Both the position numbers and the translations under genes were made by a program. From Eledone cirrhosa (Eukaryota): 64,000 nt of DNA. Below are positions 41,330 through 58,047 of this stretch, in pieces (the first letter of the stretch is position 1; every line of letters starts with the position of its first letter). The notes beneath the pieces were generated by a model. The model worked only from the letters and a program-made list of their open reading frames with translations. It did not search any database and was not told where the DNA came from. The stretch lies in assembly GCA_964016885.1 (NCBI GenBank), contig OZ024743.1, positions 162,130,001 through 162,194,000 of the forward strand, written 5' to 3'.

Positions 41330-41740
41330 TGTGTGTGTGTGTGAGTTTGAATCCCTAAAACTCGAGAAGTACCCAACCGATTTTTTTCAAACTTTACATG
41401 TGTATTATTTATGTTTCAGGGAGTGTTATGCACAAAATTCAACATTTTGATCTCCTAGGGAGAAAAACTGCATTTTAAAAGCTTTTTAGGGCTTTTTGGA
41501 GGCGTTACGTCGAGCCGATTTTCCCGAAATTTCAAAGCATATTATGCACATAAAAAAAATTCATTTTCTTGATCTCCTAGGGCCCGCATTAGGTGAGAAC
41601 CTGCTTTTTTCCTGCTTCATCGAGGAAAATCTTTATTTTCTTTACATATTGTCCAGGCATGCAGTTTTTCCACGATTAGGTCTGTTGGCGGCCCGCGTTC
41701 CAAAATACCTTATCCCGTGCAACGCCGAGTACCACTGATA

Positions 41741-41742
<2 letters not shown>
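40878..41742 (+). mobile_element. Non-autonomous Helitron-like element
   Basis: 5' tatataaagcagag..tctgtctgtg..aaaact.gagaa..cccaaccga; 3' cccgtgcaacgccgag..ctg(a)tagt (subterminal hairpin plus CTAG-like end); internal duplication. Confidence 0.55.
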
Positions 41743-43535
<1,793 letters not shown>

Positions 43536-43769
43536 GGCGTGTGGCTGAGTGGTTAGAAAATTGGATTCACAATCTTGCGGTTGTGAGTTCGATTCCCGGA
43601 CCGGGTGATATGTTATGTCCTTGAGCAAGACACTTTATTTCACGTTGCTCCTTCTACCTGGAGTTGCGACCGATAGATAGAACTAGCAACTGGAAAGACC
43701 GACGGAAACATTGTTTACTCGGTCCGATTTGACGAAAGTCGATCTATATATATATATATATATATATAC

Positions 43770-44020
43770 ACGAGAAAAGTATATATTCTCGACTGTTCTC
43801 AAGTCCAGCAGTTGCAGGTGTGGGAGGGACCGTCCTGATGAAGACCAGTCAAGTCTGTAATGCGTAGACCGTTATCCCCCTTGCTTCTGCTGGACACCAC
43901 CAGAGGGCGTTAGCCCCAGTGTTTGCATACTTACGGCTTCCTAAATACTGTGTTTCTTTAGAAATACGATTTTCTATACATATCTGTATACAGCTATGCT
44001 TGAAGCTAAATCCTAATTAT
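43770..44020 (+). mobile_element. HHR mini-element family (also 35500-35637 and 60420-60760, both minus)
   Basis: HHR at 43832-43869: GTC CTGATGA AGAC..GTCT GTAA TGCG TA GAC. Three-way homology; TA flanks. Confidence 0.8.
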
Positions 44021-45504
44021 ATATACGTGTTTTAGTGTATGTGTGTGTGTGAGTATATTCGTATGTGTATGTTTTAGAATAACAACGATTATTTGTACAA
44101 TATATTAATCAATTCCCGATTGTGAAAATTATTCTCTATTCATCAACTGATTAGACACGTATGTTCAACATCGAAAATAAAAATCACCATCCTCATCACT
44201 ACTACCACTATCAACATCATTACTGTTACAACAACCACCACCCCTTCACACAAACCCATATCCAAACCCGCAACAACGCCATATCCAGCACCACTATTAT
44301 CATCATTATCATTATCGATACAATAAAGCACCAGAAACGTACTTTGGCATTTAAACCTGGCGGAGCCATTCCCTATCCTGGTTTGAACACAGCTAATTTC
44401 TTCCTGAGAAAAGTAGGGAGAGCGAGGGAAAAGAGAGGAAAAGAGTAAAGTTGAGGAAGTGAGACAGAAATATACAGGAAGAATTCGAAGCAACACTGGA
44501 CTGGTACTTTATCGACCTCAAATGGCATTGGCGTATTTTGACCTAAAAGCGCAAAAAGCAGAAATGAGCACTACAAAGTATCTTATCCGACGACCTAACG
44601 ACCCTACCAATTCGCCGCCTTATCATCAACGTATTATAACCCCTCAAAAATTCACTCACTAGCACAATGATTGCATGGTCCCGTAACTCCCGAGGGAGTC
44701 GTATGGGCGCGGTATTGACGTAAGGCGTTTCTATGGCATTTTAAACCTGGCTGAGCCCATCTCTCCAGATCTGAATACAGCTGGTTTCTTCCAGAGCATA
44801 AAATAGAATCATTAACACAATATATCTACACATAATCTCAAGCACCAACAGACTACAAATATTGGTTTGCACAGAGGCTTGCTATTTTACTTCTATCATT
44901 ACTACAGCAGCATCTGGCAGTTTTGTTTTACCACTTATTCAGAGAGTGGAATGCAGTGCCTATGATAATGAAAAAGCCTTCAAGAATGCCCAGAGGGGAG
45001 AGTAACCCTCAGACAGGAGACCTGGCTTGAATGCTTGCAACAGACTAAAGGCATCCAAGGACTAAGTAGTGATGCTAAACCTAAACCACCCAAGATTTCA
45101 AAAGGTAAAGAGCTGGTAAAAATACCAACAACCATCTCGTCCAATTCTTTAACAATTTCGCCAATCTCCCACTATGATTGGCACTTCATTTTATCGATCC
45201 TGAAAGGAAGAAATGCAAAGATGATATGAGTGGGATTTGAACTCTGAGTGCATAGAGTCTGAACAAATAACACTGCTTTTGTTCTGCGTTCTAACGACTC
45301 TGCTAACTGGCCTTTTTACCTCGTGGTATATCTACACCCGTTAGTTACATTTTTACAACCTTATGTTGTAGAAATAACTGGTAGAAACGACTGATAGAAA
45401 TATGTGGTAGAAATAACTAGTATAAATCTCTACTATGTATATGGCCATTTGCTTGCGTATCCCCCCCTCTCTCTCTCTCTATATATATATATAGAGAGAG
45501 AGAG

Positions 45505-47406
<1,902 letters not shown>

Positions 47407-47965
47407 AAATTAGAATTTTATTTCTCGCCCTAGCATACTTACATTTATATATATATAAGGAAAAAAGATGAAATCGAAAATGCAACTGGAGTCTTTTTTT
47501 TTTAAATATATTTATTTGGTTTCTTTACCGGTTTCACAGTTCTTGTGCTTTTCAAAAATAGAATTGAGATGGAGGGTTTGTGGTTTTTCTCACATCTGGT
47601 TGGTATTCGAAAGTTACTTCTGTTTTATATGGAAAAAAGTGGCTGGAAATGCTAGGTTTTTAGAAAAGTAATTTGATGGTTGATGACTGTCATGTGAATA
47701 AGTATAATATGCACACAGATGTATATGGAAACGTTTAGATATGTAAAAGAAAGGCATAAACAACAAGATAGGTGTTGTAGTCAAAAGAGAAGTATTGCAA
47801 TTAATAAAAAGTTGTTATTGTATATAAAGATGAGTTATAGCCAGCAGAGTGGCAATGTACGAAGTAGAAAGGCGTTATATACTGGACAAAAATCAAACTC
47901 AGAATTGTACCATTGTTCTGGTATCCTTTACTCGAAATACGGCAATTATAAAATTGTCTACTCAC

Positions 47966-48146
47966 CTAAATCATCAATGTGTTCAGACATTGTGAGGGAA
48001 ACAATCACCAGAAGTACACTAACAGTCAACATTGTCATAGAGACAATCATGACAACACGGGCGATCAACTTCTGTTTCTTGGTGGGTTCTCTCTTGGCAA
48101 AGCGTTTAACTACCTCTTTACACCTCGTCGTTGTCCCGCTTTCCAT
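47966..48146 (-). CDS. Probable first coding exon of a small single-pass membrane protein
   Basis: Kozak-like ACAAAATGG. Translation MESGTTTRCKEVVKRFAKREPTKKQKLIARVVMIVSMTMLTVSVLLVIVSLTMSEHIDDL (basic stretch then a TM helix). Ends at a canonical AG|GTGAGT donor, phase 1. Confidence 0.75.
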
Positions 48147-48382
48147 TTTGTAATAAATCGACTCTCCAGGTTCCAATTGACACGAGAGGATTTCAATAGA
48201 ATCATCGTGGTCCGCTCCCAAATCTGAATAAATCTGCAGCTCATACGGTTCATAGCTGCGCTGGGTGGAGCTTCTTTCGTCGCCAGTGGAGCCACTGTCG
48301 GCTAATTCTTCTGCAGAGGTAGCCAGCTTGAGAGAATTACAAAGAAGCCGAAGAAACCGTCCGAAAGGCTTAGTTTTATTGT

Positions 48383-48429
<47 letters not shown>

Positions 48430-48444
48430 CTCTCTCTTTCTCTC

Positions 48445-48522
<78 letters not shown>

Positions 48523-49500
48523 CTCCCTGCACTGCAATGCAGAAAGACGTTCACTTTAGAATGGCTTGTTAATTCTTCACTTTATCCTGCATCCATGATT
48601 TTAGATGGACTTTAGAAAACCATAATTCAATAGTGTTGAATAAAGTTAAACGATACTGTCAGTTCTTAATGAGTTGTCCTCTTTAGTTTGATTCCATTTC
48701 TTTATATCACATCTTTCATTTATCTGTATGGTAGGATCACAATTAAAATCATTGTTTCATTTATCCCATTTAAAATTATAGGATTTTGATAAAATCTGTT
48801 ATTTTTTATGAGCTCATTGTATTGAAAATCTCTAATTATTCGTTGAATTACGTCAGAGCATTTTCTATCGAAGCATTTCTTAAAGCAATTTATCACATTA
48901 TTCAGAAGAATTGGCTATGAAATATTCAACAATTCTTTATTGAACGTCAACATACATTCAGATATGCAAATTCTGCAGATAAATACATTAGTTATATTTT
49001 TTGTTCAACGCAAGAATTGTGAAACGTCCAACAGATATTAATGTGACTGTAGAGATCCAATTATTAATATCTATGTTCATGTGCGTGTGTCTGTGCGTGA
49101 GTATGCGTATGTGTGAATGTATAGGTGTGTGTGTGTGGGGGGTACGTGTGACTTTACTTAAAAGCAATAAATGGTACGCTAGTTTTCGTTTGTTCATTTA
49201 AATGATGATATATTTATTCTTTAACCGACTTTATGTTAACTTGAAATAACAAAGTAATAAAAAAAAATGTTAAGGAGAAATTTTAGTTGGTTTTTATACA
49301 TTTCTAAGAGTAAAAGAAATCACGATGTTCCTTTAAGATATGCAATGTCTCGTCTGGATAACATTTTGTCTCTTTTAGATTTTTAATTAAAGTTAGAACA
49401 TAGTATGTCAGATTACTCTATTTCACTGTAAAACAAATCTTTTTGTCTCTCCTCTAAATGAGAAAAAATTGCATCTATGCAGGAAAAAGCTATTTCGTAC

Positions 49501-49614
49501 ATTGTGACAGACTTCTATGATGGTTACTATGAAGCTGCTTATCTCCAACGATGCTTAACTGTCATTTCATATTCCACAGATCCGGCTCAGCTGGAACTTT
49601 CACACCATTTAGCT
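49501..49614 (-). other. Possible upstream (5' UTR) exon
   Basis: Good acceptor ttatttctcttttcag| at 49615; weak donor |gtacga. Confidence 0.25.
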
Positions 49615-50145
49615 CTGAAAAGAGAAATAACATCAACATAGAGAAGTATTATATATTTGTTTCTATTAAAAAAAGGTTTTAGCGCAGAAATAGTAATAAA
49701 AATAAGACGAGGGGACGCTCAGATAAATATTTATTTATAAGTGTGTATGTGTGTGTATGTGTACGTGAGCGTGTGATCTGTTCTACACACTTCCACTAGG
49801 AACCTTACCTCATCTTTCTTCTCTGTCAAGTGGTTCTACTTACTGACTTTTTTTTTCATGCGGCTGGTGACAAACTATTTGGTCGGGTCAATTGAACACT
49901 TTCTTTTGAACACTTGAACACTTTCTTTTGACTGTAAGGTATCTTATTCTCTTACTTCGCGTCTTTCAATCAGTATATCTTGTAACCTGTCTCACAGAGT
50001 CCGACTTTTCTGTCATTGCCATTATTTTCCTGTATCCCGGTCTCTGCTATCGTTTCGTTTACTCTACCGCTCCGGTCTCAGGTCTTGTACTGTTTTTTGT
50101 TTTGTTTTATTCCTCATCAGAACACTAGTTAACTATATTTCTAAA

Positions 50146-50228
50146 CATTGTCATCCCTTATGGATCAATAATACTGACAGCCGATGGTCGAAACTGCATA
50201 AGTTCCACCCGACAGTTGATGACCATGG
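50146..50228 (+). ncRNA. Degenerate hammerhead
   Basis: CATTGTCATC [CCTTATG, decayed core] GATC..GGTC GAAA CTG..CAG TT GATGACCATG. Confidence 0.45.
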
Positions 50229-50349
50229 AGTTTTCATCTACTTATTCAATCTATGTCTCTTATTTCTTTAACTGCCTCTGTTCCTATATTGTTGTCTGCT
50301 TTTTTTTTTTTACCTCATCTATGTTTATTTTTGCAACTATATGTGTGTG

Positions 50350-50486
<137 letters not shown>

Positions 50487-50718
50487 CTGTGTGCACATAA
50501 AAGATTTAAAGAAATATTTTTATAAACATTTTTTCAAAAATTTTTTCAGATTTCTAAAAAAAGAAATTGTGATAAGATCGTTCGCTTCTAAAGAGGCTGT
50601 CGTTTGTAGATGTTTTTCAATCTTTTGTTTGCGAGTAGTTTCAGTGATTTTCTCTCAATAGAGACGTTTCACAGCTACAGAATATAGTGTGTGTGTATGT
50701 GTGTATATATATATATAT

Positions 50719-50765
<47 letters not shown>

Positions 50766-52132
50766 CGCTCCGATAACACATTACACAGTACTGTTTGTTG
50801 CATGGTCGGGTCGGATCGGCGCGGCGGTGGAAAACCAGTAATCTCATCATTCCAGCTCAGAGAGAAGTGTTTTGGGACACTTTGCCGAATGAACTCAGAA
50901 AAGTAAACAGCATATGCATATATGTGAATTTACATGTGTCTACAAATGCACATAGGGAATTGGGATACTTTTAGCTGAAACATGTGGCATTTATTGTCTC
51001 TGGCTAACTTGCTTTAATTTTCTTTTTTACTTGTGTTAGTTTACGCAGCGACTCGTATTGCACAATGATTTGTCATTATAAAATTTGGTGTTTTGGTACT
51101 TTTGCAACATATTTTTCAAAACACGAAAACCAGGGAACCACAAGCAGGCCTTCTATTCCGGTGATTGAAGTATAAAGTGCGTATGTGACAATGAAACGCC
51201 GCCACATTCATGGTCTCCCCACTCGTGTGGTCATATGGAATGTGTAGTATAGGCGAGAACCTTCACAATTCTGTGGTATGCCGCGTTTTCCCTCGCATTT
51301 TCCTCCGCGTTTTCCCTCTAACAAGTGAAGTTTTTGTCATGACATATAGGTGCATATTTTTGTCTTTGTCATCATAAAAGACATACCAAAACGCCATTAC
51401 ATCTTAACAGGAAGTCCAAATTTGCTAGTTATGTATTTTTTACATACAAGTATGATACGTGCGTGCGCACATGTGTGTGTGTGTGTCTATGTGTGTGTGT
51501 TTGTGTGCGTGTGTCTGTATGTGAGTGTGTGTGCGTACGCATATGCAAATGTATTTGCTTATGTATCTTTGAAATCTTGCATTTGTTTTACCTCATAACT
51601 TAAATTTACTAAGTTTATAGAAAGGCCATTTTATATATTTTTCATAATTTCATTAACTAAATTCTATTGGTTACTTTATAGACGTTAAATACTTTAAGAG
51701 ACGATTCAATGTAACGTTAATTATGTAGCTACAATACATAATAGTTCCACTCTATTTACGGTCTATGAAGCCGCTAGATTGTTTTTTATGTAGCTTTTTA
51801 TTTATTTATTTAATTTCCTTTTTATCATCTCTCTTTATTTTATTTTATTCCATAATTGATTCAGACATCATTTTATCATTCTGTCATTCTTTTCTCGTAT
51901 GTCTTTAAAAAGCCATTGTATATTTTTGTCCAATGGGATTCCGAATACAATTTCGGATCTTTTGAATAATGTTTTCAATTAGGTCATTATATAAAATAAC
52001 TGCTATTCAATTTTCACACTACTGAGGATAGGAATCGTGAAGCTAGGAGTTGTCACTTGTGAAGTTTCAACTAGAGAATGAAAAAATTAAATTTTTTTCT
52101 CATTATCATATTTATCATATCATTATGGCTAA

Positions 52133-52608
52133 CTAGCAGAAAAACCACCCTTCGGATGGTTTTCTGCTAGCATGTGTAGTGTGTATATTATACGCAAGTA
52201 TATATACATGTAGATATGATACATCAAATAAAATCGTAATTGACATTATATAATACATAGAAATTGAACGAAGACTACGTTACACTCTCTTATGTAATCA
52301 GTAACGTAATCCATGATACATTTAAAAGAAGACGATATTATATATAAACTGAAATTAGGAGAAAATTAGTGACAGAAAATTAGTATGTTTATTTAAGCGA
52401 TCGCCAACTGGAAGTGTTGACATTTCAGAAATTTTAAAGAAGTGAATCTTTAAATAAACAAAATATATTTAATCAACAGCCACGACATTTAGTAGATAAA
52501 TTATGTGATATTCATTCATTATTTATTCAAAGTAATCCAACTTACTAATGGGATAAAAAATTATAAACCGTACGCAGTCTCGCACTCCTTACTTTATTAT
52601 AGTTTAGA
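52133..52608 (-). mobile_element. Non-autonomous Helitron-like element
   Basis: The minus strand begins A|TC and ends with hairpin CCATCC-GAA-GGGTGG then CTAG|T. Confidence 0.65.
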
Positions 52609-52894
52609 TTTAGAACAACAGCGTTCCTAAGTCTAATAGCGTTTCAAGACCTCAGCCTCGTGTGAATAAAATGATTATAGTCGCTCACTCTTGTCGCGTT
52701 TTGTAGTAGTTAGCAAAGGAACATAGGAATTATGTTGTAAATGACAAAACCGTCACCATCGAATTTAATCTTCTACTGTTGTATTCAGAACTGGAAAGGA
52801 CATGGATTCCGCCGGGTTTTAATGCCCTAGAAACGCCATATATTAATACGGCGCCTCTACGACTCCCTCAGAAGTTACGGGTCCATACATACAT

Positions 52895-53077
52895 TATAAT
52901 TGTTTCTACTTTTGGCACAAGGCCAGCAATTATCCCAGTGCATTACTGGTACTTTATTTTATCGACCCCGTAAGGATGAAAGGCAAAGTTAACCTCGGCA
53001 GGATTTGAACTCAGACCGTAAAGGGCCATAACTCTAGCTGAAAAGCATGGCGTCCGACCCTCTACCGATACTGCCAC
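52895..53077 (-). mobile_element. tRNA-derived SINE
   Basis: Same family as 15993-16186. Confidence 0.8.
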
Positions 53078-53252
53078 CAATGTACCGTAAATGTTACTTT
53101 TTGTAAATGCATGATCTGCCAATGAGAAAATATCGTTCTACTGTGCCCAGTGTAATGTTTTCATTGAAATTTATGTAATGTATTGGTTTTATCGCTCGCA
53201 ATTTTATGGTTCCATGTTGATGAGAATTTTTCTCATATTGGGCTTTGTAATA

Positions 53253-53590
53253 TAGTGGAACCACGGTTCACGAACGTCTGTCATCATGAACAAATCGGTT
53301 CACGAACAATTTTTCCAAACATAAAATGTCTCGGTTCACGAATGGTGTTTCGAGTAACGAACACGCGAACTGACAACAACAGTTGGCATCAAGCTTGGAG
53401 TATTGGCGGGAAAGTGTCACTTGCTGTGGAGTTAGTTATAATGGTAATATCTATCAGTTTTTCACACACAGTCTTTCCCTCACTGTATTTCTCTCTCAAC
53501 ATTTCATATGGGATAGTTTCGGCTTACGAACATTTCGGGTGACGAATGGTCTTCAGGAACGAATTAATTTCGCGAACAGAGGTTCCACTG
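53253..53590. mobile_element. Tigger/pogo-like MITE
   Basis: TIRs (t)agtggaaccacggttcacgaa / ttcgcgaacagaggttccactg, TA on the left flank, subterminal cgaac repeats. Confidence 0.8.
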
Positions 53591-54600
53591 CATATTCAAA
53601 CTTTTGGGAGTAATACATGCTGGATTCTCTTTTATGAGATGTTTAATGGAATATTCATCCACTCTTTAAATAGAGTCAACATTCTGCCCAAACTGCGCGG
53701 TGTATGGCCGCACGGTCGCTCTATTGGTGCTCGACACATCAAAATGTCGCTGCGCAGTAGTTTTGAATTCAAAATATTTTTGTTTAAAGCATCAAATGTT
53801 CCGTTCAGTTTTGGCAAAAAATAAAAAAAATAGATACAACGTTATCTAGGGTGCAATTTATTGATGTAGTTCGCTGTGTCTGTTATTTGGGTGTTTTTAC
53901 TGGGTACAAACCAAACATCGTCACAAGCTCACATTATGCAAAAAGAAAAAGAGTTAACCGATACACAATTCTAAATTCAACGATCTCGATCTTGACCACC
54001 GTTTTAATATCACTTTCGCTTGTTGCCTATTACAAAGCACTGCAAGAACGCGCTACTATCATAATTCCATTAAGAAAATATGACTGCCCGAGAAGTTATT
54101 CAAATGTTAATGGACCTATGGACGTTATTGTTCTAAACTAAACTAATAAAAAAAAATATGAATAATCTTTAATATAAAAAAATTACTAAACTCTGCAGCT
54201 GTACTATAGTAGATGGTCCTTGAATTGTTAGAGGCAATCAAAAAAGCACTCAATGAAGTGAGAAATTAATACATTTTCACCCAGAGTAAACACAGAAATC
54301 AATGAAGTGTAGCACCGAGAATAAGGCGACCAAAAGCATGTTGCCACAGTAATACAACAACCTCGATATATACAAACAGGTTGAACACTAACCTGGACCA
54401 TGTCGAGAGGACATGTATCTATAAAAATCGATAAAAGCCTTTGATAGGTGTCTGGGATCCGGGATAATACATCCGAAATTTAATAATGTATATGCAAGTC
54501 ATTGATGCATCTTTTGATGGAACAGGAATATCTCTTCGTCGGCAGGTATTTATACGTGTGTATTTAGACATGCATTATATATATATATATACGTGTATAT

Positions 54601-54652
<52 letters not shown>

Positions 54653-54677
54653 GTGTGTATATATATATATATATATA

Positions 54678-55099
54678 ATATATAAGATCAAAAGGTGGTT
54701 AAAAGAGTTCCATGTATTTTATTATGCGCATTTCAAAAACAAATATCATCATGCAATAACATTTGTGTTTTCATCAGATAAAATAGGAAGACATGATATG
54801 AAGGTTAAAAAACACTTGTGGATAGTGCAGTTTTAAATCAACATATATGTTGATTTAAAACTGCACTATCCACAAGTGTTTTTTAACCTTCATATCATGT
54901 CTTCCTATTTTATCTGATGAAAACACAAATGTTATTGCATGATGATATTTGTTTTTGAAATGCGCATAATAAAATACATGGAACTCTTTTAACCACCTTT
55001 TGATCTTATATATTATGTATACTCCAGTCCTACAAACTGTAGAGTGCTTCTGATCCGATATCTGCATTGCTTTATTGTACTACAATAAAACTCACCTCC

Positions 55100-55102
<3 letters not shown>
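54678..55102. mobile_element. Spacerless fold-back HHR mini-element (family copy 60141-60398)
   Basis: Centre 54845/54846, essentially perfect arms, tail 55015-55102, TA flanks. Confidence 0.9.
54906..54976 (+). ncRNA. Type I hammerhead (mirror copy 54715-54785, minus)
   Basis: TATTTTAT CTGATGA AAAC ACAAATGTTATT-GCAT-GATGATATTTGT TTTT GAAA TGCGCA TA ATAAAATA. Confidence 0.88.
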
Positions 55103-55166
<64 letters not shown>

Positions 55167-55460
55167 GGATCTGTCTGATTCTGGACCCGCAGGTTCGACG
55201 GACACGTCTAATGAGAGACACGTGAGAGAATATGCTCCGAAATCATTAGACGTGTCCGTCGAAGCTGCGGGTCCAGAATCAGACAGATCCACACAATGAT
55301 CGAGTCTCGAGCTGTCCGCCGGGGAAACCATTGTAACACACAATAAATTGAGTTCAGATGCATCACTGATTTTTCGTTTTCTATTCTATCATACTCTGCT
55401 CTGTAAGAGCATAGAGTGCTCAACCGGCATACTGCCTATGGAAGCATCTTAGCTACCATC
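55167..55460. mobile_element. Fold-back mini-element
   Basis: 48-bp arms at 55167-55214 and 55243-55290. ACTC..GAGTGCT at 55393-55420. Confidence 0.7.
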
Positions 55461-55461
55461 A

Positions 55462-55587
<126 letters not shown>

Positions 55588-56000
55588 ATTATAAGTTTGA
55601 AGAACAGACAGATAAAATTTACCTAATTTTTCTTCTTAGTTCAGAGAAATTAACTAAATAAATAATCAATTAAACGGAGCTAAGTTTAGAATGTAAGTGT
55701 GAAGAAATAATAGATAAATGTTTACCGATTATTCTTTAGCCCCGACTGCCGGCAGTTTCGCTTGTGCTATGTGAAAATATATATGTGTTTCCTCTGACTT
55801 TGTTCTAACTCCCATACGGTTGAATAAAAATTAAGGTGTAACTAACTGCTTCTTCTAGCAATGAAATTACTTACCACTAGTCTACCCTTCACAACACTTC
55901 TATCTTGACCGCTAGCCACGTGATAACTTCACGCCTTTTGAATTTGTTACTGGCGACGATCATTTTGGAAACAAATGGTCCTAACTGAGGGAGTCCCGTG

Positions 56001-56062
<62 letters not shown>

Positions 56063-56122
56063 TTTTTACAAACATATATATATGTGTGTGTTTACACACT
56101 GAGGAAGAGAGAGAGAGAGAGA

Positions 56123-56184
<62 letters not shown>

Positions 56185-56802
56185 AGAGAAAGAGATAGAC
56201 AAATTAGACCACTCGTATGTCTATTTCCCATATATTTATGTCAATAGTTGTCCATGTTTACATTCAGAAATGTATTCTTTAAGCAATCTTAGCTTCATAA
56301 TAATTGTTTGCTTCAAAGATAATAGAATATAAAAAGCACTAGTTTCTAAGAAAGTGTAGCAATTTGACGTTTGGGGATATACTTTTAAAAAAGCAGATAA
56401 ACAATATTCATTGAAATCTACTTTTGATTGAACGCACCATAAGAAATTGGGTTGTTTGTGTTTTCGTGTAAAGAGGAAAAGGATCAATATACTCCTGTGT
56501 TAAAAGTATGTAGAATTTGTTATAATTGTGTGTTGGTAATCGGAAACATTTCCTCACACGAGTAGTGCGAATAATGACAGCCAGCCGTAGCCATCAGTGT
56601 GTCTGAATTTAAACACCGATAAATACCGATGGCGTTAGTCAACTGCACGAAGCTTGTAGAGACGAGAAAGTAATCCAATATTCCAGCACATATTTATATC
56701 TTCTTCTTCTTCTTCTTCTTCTTCTTCTTCTTCTTCTTCTTCTTCTTCTTCTTCTTCTTCTTCTTCTTCTTCTTCTTCTTCTTCTTCTTCTTCTTCTTCT
56801 TC

Positions 56803-58047
56803 TGGGAGTGATAACTAACATCCCGGAGACTGAGGTCACAAAAGTAATTAAAGAGCTCAAATGTGGCAAGGTTACTGAGGAGGGTAAAATTCGGCGTGAG
56901 ATTTTAAACGCCTTAAATAAACTGTGCCGGGTTATTGTAGGGTCCGGGTTATTGTAGAGTTATTGTCAAGTGTGATTTTCGCCCCTGACAAAGCACTTAC
57001 TCACACTGCAGCCGGTCTTTGTGAAATCGTGGGAGTATTGCCAGAGTTGAATGTTTGTGTCATAGACATGAAAGGGCATACAAACGCGACACACGGAACC
57101 TGTGGTGGAAGGTTCTGCAAGAGTATAGGATCGATGGACAGCTCTTTGTTGCCCTGATATCTCTATATGAATGCGCTATTTGTGTTCGGTTAAATGGTGC
57201 TAACTCGAAATCATTCAATGTGGGAGACTGACTACGCCAATGGTGCTTACTATCACCTTTCCTCTTCATTATCTTTAAGATTGACATGCACAGCCGGGTT
57301 GGAAGTGGTATCATAACTAGCGGGTGTAGGATCAGTTAGCTGGAATTTGCAGACGACATGCTATTACTTAACTCGTCAGAATAGGATCTCCGACATACAC
57401 TTGATAGGTTTGCTGCCAATGATGCACGGTAGGAATGAAAATCAGTGCTGTAAAAACTGAGACACTCATCTACTCGAGGAAGGCTATACAGTGCACTCTA
57501 CGTGTAAATGGGATTCCACTGAAGCAGGTAGAGAAGTTCAAGTATTTCGGGGCTGTGTACACAAGTGATGGAAGGCAGAAGGCTGAATTGAATGCAAGAA
57601 TTATTGGAGTTGGTGCAGTCATGCGCCAGCTGCAGCATTCGGTCATCAAAAGGGGGCGGGGGTAAAAGCCAAACTCACAATCTTCAATTTAGTATTCATG
57701 CCAACCTTTAACTATGGTCATGAATCTTGGGTAATGTCCGAAAGTATACGAACGTGAATACAAGTCGTCTAAATGGAGTTCCTCTGAAGGATCTTTGAAG
57801 TAATAAATACAGTGCGTTCCAGGTAGAGCCGCTACTTTTCCGACTTACGAGATCATAGTTCCGATACTACGAACATGGGGTTAGAATGTCTCAGGAAAAA
57901 TAAATCGATGGACATATTTTATGGACAGAACTGGAGCAAGATGGTTGGATAACATCCATTAAGTAGGTTGGTCTCGTTTGGGTATCCAGTCAATTGATGG
58001 TTGCTTTTGACATGATCCGCTGTAAGGGGTGTTTGAGAATTCTTCCA
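56803..58047 (+). pseudogene. Decayed RTE-clade LINE reverse transcriptase region
   Basis: LRQWCLLSPFLFII, LEFADDMLLL, GMKISAVKTE, LKQVEKFKYFG, FNYGHESWVM; (GAA)n tail at 58048. Confidence 0.88.
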
